The notes under the pieces: generated by a model
Database searches by the model: none
Told to the model about the DNA's origin: nothing
Seen by the model: the letters and a program-made list of their open reading frames with translations, nothing else
Shown here: piece by piece, positions 19,719-29,420 of the stretch
How positions within the stretch are numbered: the first letter of the stretch is position 1
How the letters are laid out: each line of letters begins with the position of its first letter
Made by a program: the position numbers and the translations under genes
NCBI GenBank assembly: GCA_963763775.1
Contig: CAVXPZ010000002.1
Location: forward strand, 28,331-92,330
Length of the DNA: 64,000 nt
Direction of reading: 5' to 3'
Source: an uncultured Chloroflexia bacterium
GTDB lineage: Bacteria; Chloroflexota; Limnocylindria; Limnocylindrales; CSP1-4

Positions 19719-20651
19719 ATGCCGTACCGTAGGCTGCGAGCCGAGCGCCGCCAGACGATCCCCACACACCGGGAGGCGATCATCGATCCGTTTGACTTCG
19801 CGCTCCTGGCCTGGGCGTTCGCCTTCGGCCTGGCGGCAGCGTGGCTCGCCCGCCGCCGTGAGCGCGTCCCCGCCGCGTGGGCCGTCTACGGGGCCATCCT
19901 CGGCCCTGTCGCGCTCACCCTTCTCTGGCTGGCACCGCCCGGGCGGTGTCGAGTCTGCCGGTCGTCCGTGCGCGGCTGGACGTCGACCTGCACCTGGTGT
20001 GGGAGCGACGTCCGTGGTGCCGCGAGCCGATTCGCGCCTCGCCCGGTGCGCGCCGTGCCGTCACCGCAGGCGATCGTCGTTGCCGAGGCGGCCGCGGCCG
20101 ACGTCCCAGGGGTCGCGGCCGGTGGGCCAGAGCCTCGGACGGTTCCGCCGGACCCGGCGACCCCCCATCCGATCATCTCGGTCGCGCCGACACGCCGACC
20201 GGCCGATGGCGACGACGCGGCCGTGCCGGCGGCCCCGAGCGCGACGACCGTCGTGACCCCCGAGACGGCCAGTTCCGGGTCGACCGACACGAAACCACCG
20301 TCGAAGCGCGCCTCGAAACGACCGACGCCGGCATCACCGCCGGGCGTGGTCCTCGGCTCGGGCATCTTCGTGACGGGGACCGTCGGACTGTCGGCGGGGT
20401 CGCGGTACGCGATCGAGATCTCGGGGCACGACCTGCGGGTCGTCGCGACCTCCCGAACGGGGACCGCCCCGTCGCCGTTCACCCGAGCACTTCCGGGATT
20501 CGAGGCGACCGCCGTCGACGGCCGGCTGATCATCGCGTCCAGCGGCCGGAATGGCGCCGTCCTCGTCTTCATGTCCGTCGACGGCGCCGGTCCGTCCGCT
20601 GTCGCCGACGCGATCAACCGCGCCGTGGACGACGCCGGAGGCACGTCGTGA
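19719..20651 (+). CDS. hypothetical membrane protein with a CxxC-x10-CxxC zinc-ribbon and a Pro/Ala-rich region
   Basis: Two TM helices, then CRVCRSSVRGWTSTCTWC. Start is uncertain. Confidence 0.4.
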   Translation: MPYRRLRAERRQTIPTHREAIIDPFDFALLAWAFAFGLAAAWLARRRERVPAAWAVYGAILGPVALTLLWLAPPGRCRVCRSSVRGWTSTCTWCGSDVRGAASRFAPRPVRAVPSPQAIVVAEAAAADVPGVAAGGPEPRTVPPDPATPHPIISVAPTRRPADGDDAAVPAAPSATTVVTPETASSGSTDTKPPSKRASKRPTPASPPGVVLGSGIFVTGTVGLSAGSRYAIEISGHDLRVVATSRTGTAPSPFTRALPGFEATAVDGRLIIASSGRNGAVLVFMSVDGAGPSAVADAINRAVDDAGGTS

Positions 20652-21433
20652 GCGGGACGGCGGGACCAGTGCGGCCGACCACGTCCAGGCTGCGCGAGAG
20701 CCTCAGCCCGGAGGCGATCTCGGTCGGCCTGATCGCGTTCCTCATGCTCGGGGCCATCGGGGCCATCGTCACCGGAGGCACGCCGAGTCGCCTGGACGGC
20801 GGGTCTGGCGGTCCGCCGAGCGCACCGGCATCAGCCGGCGCGGTGGCGCCGTCGACCTCGCTCCTGCCGCCGACCGCGATCCCGACGCCCACGCCGACCC
20901 CGACCCCGACGCCGGAACCGACACCCACGCCGTCGCCCACGCCCACCGCGGCGCCGACGCCGACACCGACACCCACGCCGACCGCGGTGCCCACGCCGGT
21001 CGCGTGGCAGGCGACCGCCCGGACCGTGCTCGCGGCCGACGAGCGGCTGATCCTGGCTCGCGAGGAGCTTCGGGCGGTCCTGCGAACGAACCCGAAGCGC
21101 GCGGACGACCTCATCCGTCTGCTCCGCTCGACCAACCAGACGCTCAGTGCCACCAGCGACGCCATCGCGACGCTGGCCCGCGAGCACGCGCCGAGCGACC
21201 TGGTATCACGGCTCCGGGAGGTCCATCAGACGGCGCTGGATGCGAGCGTTGCCACGCTCGCGAATGCCTTCAGCGATGTCGCTGCGTATCGCGCCGGGTC
21301 CGCGAAGGTCGCCGACATCCTGGGCGGCCTCGAGCCGTTGATGGTGGACCTCGCGACCGCCGCCGGCCTGCCCGACCCGTTCCCCGGCGGCACCCCCGCG
21401 AGCGCCTCCCCGAGCGCGTCGCCGGCGCCGTGA
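20648..21433 (+). CDS. hypothetical membrane-anchored protein with a Pro-Thr linker and an alpha-helical C-terminal domain
   Basis: GTG start overlapping the upstream stop. One TM helix, a (PT)n linker, then a helical region. Confidence 0.45.
   Translation: MSGTAGPVRPTTSRLRESLSPEAISVGLIAFLMLGAIGAIVTGGTPSRLDGGSGGPPSAPASAGAVAPSTSLLPPTAIPTPTPTPTPTPEPTPTPSPTPTAAPTPTPTPTPTAVPTPVAWQATARTVLAADERLILAREELRAVLRTNPKRADDLIRLLRSTNQTLSATSDAIATLAREHAPSDLVSRLREVHQTALDASVATLANAFSDVAAYRAGSAKVADILGGLEPLMVDLATAAGLPDPFPGGTPASASPSASPAP
20879..20999. repeat. Pro-Thr-coding tandem low-complexity repeat (ccgac[gc]cc[gc]ac variants)
   Basis: Encodes [40 protein letters not shown]. Confidence 0.6.
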
Positions 21434-21537
21434 AGTCGAGGCGACCGAGCCTTCCCGGGATCGTCCCGCCCCGAGGGCTGTGCTAGGCTCCCGGACGGTC
21501 CAGCCACGGAAGTGAGGAGTCTGACATCCCCATCATC

Positions 21538-21771
21538 GTGGGCGACGTCGGTCGCCGGCTGCTCGACGGCGTGCCGCTCGACACTCGGTCGGTCCTGCTG
21601 GCCGCGATCGCCGGGACCGCGCTGCTCGTGATCCTCGCGATGCGCGAGATCGAGCTCATCCTGCGGCCCGAGTCCGAGCACCGCGTGCACCGCCTCGACG
21701 GGGCGATCGCCGTCCTGTGCGTGGCCGTCGGGACGATCATCCTCGATCGGGCGTTCGCGATCCTCTCGTGA
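21538..21771 (+). CDS. small hypothetical membrane protein (77 aa)
   Basis: GTG start with a weak RBS and two hydrophobic helices. Its stop overlaps the CPBP start (GTGA). Confidence 0.3.
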   Translation: MGDVGRRLLDGVPLDTRSVLLAAIAGTALLVILAMREIELILRPESEHRVHRLDGAIAVLCVAVGTIILDRAFAILS

Positions 21772-22529
21772 CGACCGACGAACGCCCGTCCACCTCGCCG
21801 CTCGCGCGGACCGCCGACCTCGACCGACTGCTCCTCTGGCTGGGGCTGCTCGCCGCGGCGGGCGTCGTCGGCGCGGTCGCACCGCTCCTCGGGGCCCTGG
21901 CGGATGCCGCGATCCTGGTGGGGTTCGCCGTCATCGCGCGTTCGAAGCGTCCCCTCGGCGACGCCGCCACCGCGCTGATGCTCGTCCCGCTGCTTCGGCT
22001 CCTGTGGGTCACGATCCTCATCGAAGCCGTCCCGCAGGCCGACCGGACGCTGCTGGTCGCCGTGCCGTATCTCGTGGCGACCTTCCTGATCGCGCGCGGC
22101 CTCGACGTGACCCCCCACGAAGTCGGCCTGGGCCGCCCGGCCCGACCGTGGGTCGACGTCGCCGTCGCTGCCGGGATCGGTGCCGCCGGACTCGCGATCG
22201 GGCTCCTCGTCGGATCGGAGGTCCACTGGGCGACGACGGCGAGCGGGTTCCAGGTCCGGGCCATCGGCTACGCGATCGTCATCGCGTATGCCGAGGAGCT
22301 GGCCTTCCGCGGCCTCATGCCCAAGGTCCTCGAGCGTCACGTCCCCGGGCTCGGGTATGCCCTGGCCGCCGCCGCCTACGCGATCCTCGCCCTCGGTGCC
22401 GGCTCGCTGCTCCTCGTCGCCCTCACGATCGGGCTCGGGATCGCGACGACACTCGCGGCGCGGTCGACCGGGTCGCTCTGGGGCGTCATCGCCGGTCATG
22501 CCGCCTTCCTGATCCTGCTGAACGTCTGA
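21768..22529 (+). CDS. CPBP-family intramembrane metalloprotease (CAAX protease/Abi family)
   Basis: Multi-TM protein with the EELAFRG motif and a downstream conserved His. Confidence 0.7.
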   Translation: MTTDERPSTSPLARTADLDRLLLWLGLLAAAGVVGAVAPLLGALADAAILVGFAVIARSKRPLGDAATALMLVPLLRLLWVTILIEAVPQADRTLLVAVPYLVATFLIARGLDVTPHEVGLGRPARPWVDVAVAAGIGAAGLAIGLLVGSEVHWATTASGFQVRAIGYAIVIAYAEELAFRGLMPKVLERHVPGLGYALAAAAYAILALGAGSLLLVALTIGLGIATTLAARSTGSLWGVIAGHAAFLILLNV

Positions 22530-22563
22530 CCGAGGGTCCGCGCGGACCCGGACCTCGCGGCCG

Positions 22564-24000
22564 TCAGTCGGCTGGGGCGTCGAAGCGGCCGGCCAGGCCC
22601 GCGGCGGGCGAGCCGGGCTGCAACCGGTAGTCGTGGCCGGCCTGGTCGCGGAAGACCGGGTCGGCCACGATGCCGTTGGCCTCCTGCCCGCTCCACTGTC
22701 GGAACGTCGCGAATTGGTCGGTCCCATCGTGTCCGTGGACGAACGCGATCTGATTCCCGAGCAGCGGGCAGACATCGGCTCGACATGGCGAGAAGACGTC
22801 GTGGTCGAGGGTGATGTCGGGCGGCAGGTCCGAGTCGATGCTGAACGCGCGTCCGCCGGCGAAGATGTTGTGGGAGACCTCCAGGCGCTCCATCGGACCA
22901 CTGAACGAGTCGTTGCCCCGGAAGAGTCCGATGTCGAAGCGGTCCAGCCCGTCGAACGTGTTCCAGGAGACCACCGCGTCGGACGCGCAACGCAGGTAGA
23001 TGCCCCGTTCCTCCTCCCGGTCGCCGACATGGTCGCTGTACAGCACGTTCCGGGTGATCGAGAGGTTGTCGCAGGGCTGCCCTTCCTGGGTCCCCGTCTC
23101 GATGAGGTCGTTCGAGCCGGTGAGCACGTTCTCGCGGATGTCGAGGTCGGAGGCGCCGTAGATCTCGATGCCGACGTCGTGATTGCCCTGGATCCGGTTG
23201 CGCTCGATCGTGATCCCGCCGTGGGTGAAGTAGAGATTGATCCCTCCGCCTCCACGCCACTTGTCGACGCGCCGGTCGTTGTCGACGATGTCGTTCGCGA
23301 CGATCGTGGTCCCGTCGGTCCGGCCGTGGATCTCGAGCCCGTAGCCGTTGTCGGTGACCGTGTTGCGCTCGATCCGTGCGCCGGTCGCATCGACCAGGTG
23401 GATCCCGAAGGGGTTGCCTCGGACCACGTTGCCGACGATGACCGCGCCGTCGGCGCCGCGGACCATCAGTCCACCGGAGTACGGCTCCGTGACCCCGGTG
23501 AGGGTGAGGCCCGTGACGGTGACGCCCGTCGCGCCCGTGTCGATCGTGAGGCCGCCGACCACGGACGTCTGGCCGGGCTCGCCGACGATCGTGAGTCCGG
23601 TCTGCTCCACGGTCGTCCCGTCGAAACTGCCCGGCCCCAGGCGGATCGTGGCGCCCGCCGGGGCCGTGGTCACGGCGTGCGACAGCGTGCGCCAGGGATG
23701 CGCCCGCGATCCGTCGCCCGCATCGTCGCCGGTCGTCTCCACGCGCAGGCCGACATCCGGCGCGATCGTCGGCAACGGGTCCATGTCGGAACCCACCGGG
23801 TCGGGCATCGATGCCGCCGGTGCCGTGACCTGGGGCGCGGTGCTGCTTGAGGGGGCCTCGGCCACGCTCGACTCCGGGGTCGGCGGGACGCTGGCATCGG
23901 CCCCCCGAGACAGCCCGGGCACGCGCAACGCCGCAGCGAGGACGATGACCACGACGACCACCGTCGCGACGGCGAGAAGCCGGAAACTGGTGCGGATCAC
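22564..24000 (-). CDS. secreted/membrane-anchored right-handed parallel beta-helix repeat protein (pectate-lyase/NosD-like fold)
   Basis: N-terminal TM helix, then repeated G-x-x-I/V-x-x-N beta-helix rungs (VVRGNPFGIHL, IERNTVTDNGYGLEI, IVANDIVDN, IERNRIQGNHDVGIEI, IRENVLTGSND). Confidence 0.7.
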   Translation of the reverse strand: MIRTSFRLLAVATVVVVVIVLAAALRVPGLSRGADASVPPTPESSVAEAPSSSTAPQVTAPAASMPDPVGSDMDPLPTIAPDVGLRVETTGDDAGDGSRAHPWRTLSHAVTTAPAGATIRLGPGSFDGTTVEQTGLTIVGEPGQTSVVGGLTIDTGATGVTVTGLTLTGVTEPYSGGLMVRGADGAVIVGNVVRGNPFGIHLVDATGARIERNTVTDNGYGLEIHGRTDGTTIVANDIVDNDRRVDKWRGGGGINLYFTHGGITIERNRIQGNHDVGIEIYGASDLDIRENVLTGSNDLIETGTQEGQPCDNLSITRNVLYSDHVGDREEERGIYLRCASDAVVSWNTFDGLDRFDIGLFRGNDSFSGPMERLEVSHNIFAGGRAFSIDSDLPPDITLDHDVFSPCRADVCPLLGNQIAFVHGHDGTDQFATFRQWSGQEANGIVADPVFRDQAGHDYRLQPGSPAAGLAGRFDAPAD

Positions 24001-24171
24001 GTCGCCATCACCACGAACGGGGGGTGGGTTGTCAGGTCCGTCGACCTGGTGCGTCCCGCCAACGGGGCATGGCCGCGTTCAGGGTCGTGCGTGCCGATAG
24101 GAGGCCGGTCCGGGTATCCTGCCACACCCGTGCGTCAGACGGCCAGAGCGCCGGCCACGGACAGGAGAACT

Positions 24172-25938
24172 GTGCGGCAGCTCGATTCACGTGGTCGCGC
24201 CGAGGGGATCGGGTGGGTGCTTGCCGGCATCGGCCTGGCCGCCTGGCTGCTCACGTTGCGGCCGATCCATGCCGCGGATCTCGATGATCTCGGGATCATC
24301 GGGGCCCTGCCGATGGGGACGTGGCTGGCGATCGCGCTCGTGACCGCCGCGTTCGCCTTCGCCGTCGAGCTCAGGCCGATGTCGATGCGCCTCGCCATCG
24401 CGTGCATCCTCGGCATGACCGTGATCCTGTACGGGACCCCGGCCATCGTCGAAGCGCTGCCGCGATTCAGCACGGTCTACGTCCACCTCGGCCTGATCGA
24501 GGCGATCGAACGGGCGGGCCGGCTCTTCCCCGAGCTCGATGCCCGGTTCAGCTGGCCGCTCTTCTTCACGGGCGCGGCCCTGATCTCGCAACTCGCCCAG
24601 GTGGACCTGCTGACGATCGCGCAATGGTTCCCGATGGTCACCACCATCGCCGTGCTGCCGCCGCTGTGGATCCTGATGCGGTCGTTCGTCAACGACCGGC
24701 GGCTGTCCGTCGTCGCGCTCTGGCTGTTCGTCCTGGCCGACTGGGTCGCCCAGGACTACCTGTCGCCTCAAGGGATGAACCTGGTGCTTTACGTGTGGTT
24801 CATCGCGATCGTGGCCTGGCTCTTCAAACGGTCACCCCGGCCCAGCGCGTGGGTGGCGCGGGCGATGGAGCGCAGCCGACTCCCGCGCGCGGTCTTCGTC
24901 GACTCCGTCGACCGACCCATCGGGCCGGCCATCTCGCGCGTCGGGATGTTCGCGATCGTCGTGGCCGTCGCCTTCTTCAGTACGGCGAGCCATCAGCTGA
25001 CCCCGTTCGCGATGGTCGGGGCGTCGGTCGGCCTCGTCATCGTCGGGCGGACGAGCCTGCGGTCGCTGCCGATCATGGTGGCCGTCATCGCGGCCCTGTG
25101 GATCAGCTTCGCCGGGCAGGACTACCTGCTCGGCAACCTCGCCCAGCTCCTCAAGGACGTCGGCAACCCGACCGGGAACGCGGGGACGTCGATCGCCGGC
25201 CGGATCCGCGGCAGCGAGGGCCACCTGTTCGTCGTGGTGGAGCGGATCGCGTTCACCGCCTTCTTCTGGGCGGTCGCCGCGGTCGGCCTCTGGCGTCGCA
25301 TCCGACTTGGCTTCTGGGACGTGGGGGCGATGGTCCTGGCTGTCGTGCCCTTCGCGATCATCGGGTTCCAGAGCTACGGTGGCGAGATCTTCCTTCGCGT
25401 GTTCCTGTTCTCGCTCCCGCCGATGGCGTTCCTTGCCGCTGCCGCGATCTTCCCGGTCTTCTATGCGCGGTCACGCGTCCAGACGGTCGTCCTCGTCCTG
25501 CTCAGCGTCGCCCTCGCCGTCGGGTTCGTCGTGGCTCGCTACGGCAACGAGCGCGCCGACATCGTGGAGCCGGGCGAGCTCGTCGCGACCGAGCAGGCCT
25601 ACCGCCTCATCCCGCAGGACTCGCTGATCGCCACCATGAACTACAACAGCCCCATCCGCTACCGGTACGTCGAGCTGTACGACCACCTGGAGCTGCAGGG
25701 GCAGCTGGCCGATCTGACCGCCGACGGCGTCGCGAAGGAGCTCGACGCCGCCCGTAATGGCCAGCCGGCCTTCCTCTTCCTGACGCGCGGCCAACAGGCG
25801 CTCGAGGAACTCCTCGGCGGGGCGACCGGGGACTGGGAACGGCTGACGGCCGAGCTGGACGCGTCCGACCGGTTCGTCCCCGAGTTCCAGAGCGCGGATG
25901 CCGTCCTGTACCGATATGTGCCGGTGGAGGCCCCATGA
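24172..25938 (+). CDS. large polytopic membrane protein, putative GT-C-fold glycosyltransferase (GtrC-like role)
   Basis: GTG 4 nt after AGGAGA. At least 12 TM helices with loops and a soluble C-terminal domain. Translationally coupled (ATGA) to a 4-TM protein and followed by a polyprenol-phosphate GT2. Confidence 0.5.
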   Translation: MRQLDSRGRAEGIGWVLAGIGLAAWLLTLRPIHAADLDDLGIIGALPMGTWLAIALVTAAFAFAVELRPMSMRLAIACILGMTVILYGTPAIVEALPRFSTVYVHLGLIEAIERAGRLFPELDARFSWPLFFTGAALISQLAQVDLLTIAQWFPMVTTIAVLPPLWILMRSFVNDRRLSVVALWLFVLADWVAQDYLSPQGMNLVLYVWFIAIVAWLFKRSPRPSAWVARAMERSRLPRAVFVDSVDRPIGPAISRVGMFAIVVAVAFFSTASHQLTPFAMVGASVGLVIVGRTSLRSLPIMVAVIAALWISFAGQDYLLGNLAQLLKDVGNPTGNAGTSIAGRIRGSEGHLFVVVERIAFTAFFWAVAAVGLWRRIRLGFWDVGAMVLAVVPFAIIGFQSYGGEIFLRVFLFSLPPMAFLAAAAIFPVFYARSRVQTVVLVLLSVALAVGFVVARYGNERADIVEPGELVATEQAYRLIPQDSLIATMNYNSPIRYRYVELYDHLELQGQLADLTADGVAKELDAARNGQPAFLFLTRGQQALEELLGGATGDWERLTAELDASDRFVPEFQSADAVLYRYVPVEAP

Positions 25939-26354
25939 CGACCACGGATCGGGGCCCCGCCTCGGACGCCTCCGAAGCGACGGCGGCAGCGATCGTCGGC
26001 GCGTCGGCCGCGGTGTTGATCGTCGTCGCCCTGGACATCTCCGGGGTCGTCCGGACGGGCCTCGTCGCCGGCTACCTGCTGTTCGTCCCGGGTCTCGCCG
26101 CCATCCGCGCCGCAGGCTTCAGCGGGTCGGCCGCGGTCCTGTCGCTCTCGCTCATCCTCAGCCTCGGCGTCGACGGGACCGTGGCCATGGTGCTGTACGC
26201 GACCCAGCGATTCGAGACGATCCTCGCGCTCATCCTCGTCGTCGCGGTGACCCTCTGCCTGGTGTTCGTGGAGCGGCTGCTCGTGGCCGACCGACCCTTG
26301 ACGGAACTGGACCCGACGACCGACGACTCGGGTGTTGCCCCCACGCACCGATAG
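25935..26354 (+). CDS. small 4-TM membrane protein (GtrA-like position)
   Basis: 139 aa with four hydrophobic helices. Start overlaps the upstream stop. Confidence 0.45.
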   Translation: MTTTDRGPASDASEATAAAIVGASAAVLIVVALDISGVVRTGLVAGYLLFVPGLAAIRAAGFSGSAAVLSLSLILSLGVDGTVAMVLYATQRFETILALILVVAVTLCLVFVERLLVADRPLTELDPTTDDSGVAPTHR

Positions 26355-26502
26355 TCGCGGCGCGCACCCGAATCCGACCGTCCTCAGGGTTGACCCGCAA
26401 CCCTACTGGTACTACCGTCCCCTAGTACTTATCTCCCTGGGACCAGCCTCGGATAGGCGTCCCCGGGCCCGTCCTAGCGAGCGTCTTTGTAGGGGGAATC
26501 CA

Positions 26503-27375
26503 TTGGCTCAGGCTGCCTCGATACGAGTACTCCGACCGACGGCACCGACTCGGCTCGTTCCGAAGTCGCGACCCACGGTGTCGGTCATCATCCCGACCAT
26601 GAACGAGGCGGCGAACCTTCCGCATGTGATGCCTCGGCTCCCCGACTTCGTGAACGAAGTCATCCTGGTGGACGCCCATTCCCATGACGACACGGTCGCC
26701 GTCGCGCAGTCCCTCCGGCCCGATATCCGGGTCCTGATCCAGGAAGGCCGCGGCAAGGGCGCTGCCCTCCGACAGGGGTTCGCCGCCGCGCGCGGCGACA
26801 TCATCGTCAGCATCGACGCCGACGGTTCGACCATCCCCGAGGAGATCCACTCGTTCGTCGAGGCCCTCATGGCCGGCGCGGACTACGTGAAGGGGTCGCG
26901 CTACCTCCACGGCGGCGGCTCGGCCGACCTGACCCTCCTCCGACGGGCCGGGAACCGAGGTCTCACGATGATGGTCCGCGTCGTCCATGGCGCGCACTTC
27001 AGCGACCTCTGCTATGGCTTCAATGCCTTCTGGCGCGACGTGCTCCCGATCCTCGACCTCCAGAGCACCGGCTTCGAGATCGAGACGGAGATGAACCTCC
27101 GCGCCCACATCGCCGGCCTGCGGGTCGTCGAGGTGCCGAGCGTCGAGGCGGCGCGCATCCACGGTGAGAGCAACCTTCGGACGTTCCCGGACGGGTGGCG
27201 GGTGTTCAAGCAGATCCTGCGCGAACGCCGACGCGACGTCGCGGATGTCGCCGAGCCGATGCCCGAGCCGAGCTGGGTCGCGGTGCCGATGGCCAGGTCC
27301 GAGCAGGTCGCCGTCCCGATCGCCGTCGAGGCCATCGAGCCGGTCAACGATCAGGAACTGGCCGGCGTCATCTAG
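26503..27375 (+). CDS. GT2 polyprenol-phosphate glycosyltransferase (dolichyl-phosphate mannose synthase/GtrB-like)
   Basis: TTG start 6 nt after AGGGGG. Motifs SVIIPTMNEAANL, DAHSHDDT and SIDADGS (DxD). Confidence 0.8.
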   Translation: MAQAASIRVLRPTAPTRLVPKSRPTVSVIIPTMNEAANLPHVMPRLPDFVNEVILVDAHSHDDTVAVAQSLRPDIRVLIQEGRGKGAALRQGFAAARGDIIVSIDADGSTIPEEIHSFVEALMAGADYVKGSRYLHGGGSADLTLLRRAGNRGLTMMVRVVHGAHFSDLCYGFNAFWRDVLPILDLQSTGFEIETEMNLRAHIAGLRVVEVPSVEAARIHGESNLRTFPDGWRVFKQILRERRRDVADVAEPMPEPSWVAVPMARSEQVAVPIAVEAIEPVNDQELAGVI

Positions 27376-28335
27376 GTGACGAGCGACCCGTCGATCGCGG
27401 TCGTCATCTGCGTCTACACGGAGGATCGCTGGGATCAGATCCTGGCGGCCGTGGCATCGGTCCAGTCGCAGACTCGACCTGCCGCAGAGATCGTGGTCGT
27501 CACCGACCACAATGACGTCCTGCATGACCGCCTGATCGCCGCCTACGCGGCGGAACCCGGTGTGCATGTGACGCCGAATGTCGAACCCGCCGGCCTGTCC
27601 GGCGGACGGAACTCCGGCATCGCCGCCACGAGAAGCGAGGTCGTCGCCTTCCTTGACGACGATGCGGTCGCGTCCGAGGGCTGGCTGTCGGCCCTGGCCG
27701 CGGCCTACCAGGACCCCGGCGTGATCGCCGCAGGCGGCGAGATCGAGCCCGACTGGGCCACCCGTCGCCCCGCCTGGTGGCCGCGCTCCTTCGATTGGGT
27801 CGTCGGCTGCACGTACGAGGGGATGCCGACGTCTTCGGCGCCGGTCCGGAACGTCATCGGCGCGAACATGTCCTTCCGGCGGTCGATCCTCGACCACATC
27901 GGCGGGTTCGTGCATGGCGTCGGTCGCGCGCGCGGCCGGCCGATGGGCGGCGAGGAGACCGAACTCAGCATCCGGGCGATCCGGCATGACCCGTCCGCGA
28001 CCATCCTGTACGTCCCCGAGGCATCGGTCCGACACCACGTGCCGGCAAGCCGCGCCACGTTCCGCTACTACGTCCTGCGCTGCTATGCGGAGGGCCTCTC
28101 CAAGGCCAAGGTCACCCGGCTCGCGGGCCGCGAGCACGGGCTGGCTTCCGAGCGGCGCCACGCCATCTTCACCTTGCCGCGCGCGGCGCTCCGCGACATG
28201 GGCGGGGCGATCCGGCACGCCGATCCGGCCCTCGCCGGGCAGGCGTTCGCGATCGCGACCGGCTTGCTGACCACGACGGCCGGCTACGTCGTCGGGTCGG
28301 CGCAGCTCCGAGGCGATCGCGACCCCATATCCTGA
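27376..28335 (+). CDS. GT2 family glycosyltransferase
   Basis: GTG start. IAVVICVYTEDRW... and FLDDDAVA (DxD). Confidence 0.75.
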   Translation: MTSDPSIAVVICVYTEDRWDQILAAVASVQSQTRPAAEIVVVTDHNDVLHDRLIAAYAAEPGVHVTPNVEPAGLSGGRNSGIAATRSEVVAFLDDDAVASEGWLSALAAAYQDPGVIAAGGEIEPDWATRRPAWWPRSFDWVVGCTYEGMPTSSAPVRNVIGANMSFRRSILDHIGGFVHGVGRARGRPMGGEETELSIRAIRHDPSATILYVPEASVRHHVPASRATFRYYVLRCYAEGLSKAKVTRLAGREHGLASERRHAIFTLPRAALRDMGGAIRHADPALAGQAFAIATGLLTTTAGYVVGSAQLRGDRDPIS

Positions 28336-28340
28336 GGTCC

Positions 28341-29420
28341 ATGCGCGCCCTGCTGGTCACGCCCCGGTATGCCCCATCGACGGGCGGCGTGGAGACGCAC
28401 GTCCGCGAACTGGCGCAGCGGCTCCCTGGCCTGGGCGTCGACGTGTCGGTGCTCACGACGGACGACTCCGGCCGGCTGGCGCCATCGGAAGCGGTGGCCG
28501 GCGTGCCGGTGGATCGGGTGCGGGCGTGGCCTCCCGACCGGGACTGGCTCGCCGCCCCCGGCCTGGTCGGTCGCATCCGGGCGGCGGATGCCGACGTCAT
28601 CCACATCCACAGCTACCAGACGTTCGTCGCGCCGCTGGCGCTGGCGGCCGCGGTGACCTCCGGTCGGCCCACGGTGCTCACGTTCCACAGCGGCGGATCG
28701 TCGGTCGGGCTCAGGAACGCCGTTCGCCCCATCCAGACCATCGCGCTGTCGCCGCTGCTGCGACGCATGGATGCGCTGGTAGCCGTCTCGCGGTTCGAGG
28801 CCCGACTCTTCGCCGGCCGGCTGCGGATCCCGACGGCCCGCATCCGCGTCGTCCCGAACGGCTCCGACCTTCCCGCCCCGTCGCCGGATGTCCGGGTCGA
28901 GCCCGGCCGGATCGTGTCGGTGGGGCGACTGGAGCGATACAAGGGCCATGAACGGGCGGTCGAGGCCTTCGCCATCATCGCCGCGCGGGACCCCGCGGCG
29001 CACCTGCTCATCCTCGGGGCAGGACCGGGGCGCGACGCCATCGACGACACCGCGCGCCAGCTTGGCGTCGCGGACCGCGTCGAGATCCGGTCCATCCCGG
29101 GCACCGACCGGCAAGCCTATGTCGACCTGCTGGCCTCGGCGGCCGTCGTCGCGGTCCTGAGCGGATACGAGTCGCACGGCATCGCCGCGTGGGAGGCGGC
29201 GGGTCTGGGCCGCCCGCTCGTGGTCACGGAGGCGACGGCACTCGCGGAGCTCGTCGAGATCGGGGCCGCCGTGGGCGTCGCGCCGGACGCCGATGCGAGC
29301 CTGGTGGCGTCGGCGATCGACGAGGCGATGCGCGCCGGCGTGCGCCGGCGGCCGGACCCGCCGACCTGGGACGACACCGCGCGGGCAGTGGCGGCGATCT
29401 ACGCCTCACTCATCCCGTAG
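28341..29420 (+). CDS. GT4 family glycosyltransferase (GT-B, retaining)
   Basis: N-terminal MRALLVTPRYAPSTGGVETHV and the C-terminal E-x7-E region (SGYESHGIAAWEAAGLGRPLVVTE). Confidence 0.8.
   Translation: MRALLVTPRYAPSTGGVETHVRELAQRLPGLGVDVSVLTTDDSGRLAPSEAVAGVPVDRVRAWPPDRDWLAAPGLVGRIRAADADVIHIHSYQTFVAPLALAAAVTSGRPTVLTFHSGGSSVGLRNAVRPIQTIALSPLLRRMDALVAVSRFEARLFAGRLRIPTARIRVVPNGSDLPAPSPDVRVEPGRIVSVGRLERYKGHERAVEAFAIIAARDPAAHLLILGAGPGRDAIDDTARQLGVADRVEIRSIPGTDRQAYVDLLASAAVVAVLSGYESHGIAAWEAAGLGRPLVVTEATALAELVEIGAAVGVAPDADASLVASAIDEAMRAGVRRRPDPPTWDDTARAVAAIYASLIP

Noticed and set aside
21483-23390. 635-aa minus-strand ORF spanning the CPBP and beta-helix genes
   Set aside because: Antisense or wrong-frame high-GC artefact. 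The real genes are 21768-22529 (+) and 22564-24000 (-)
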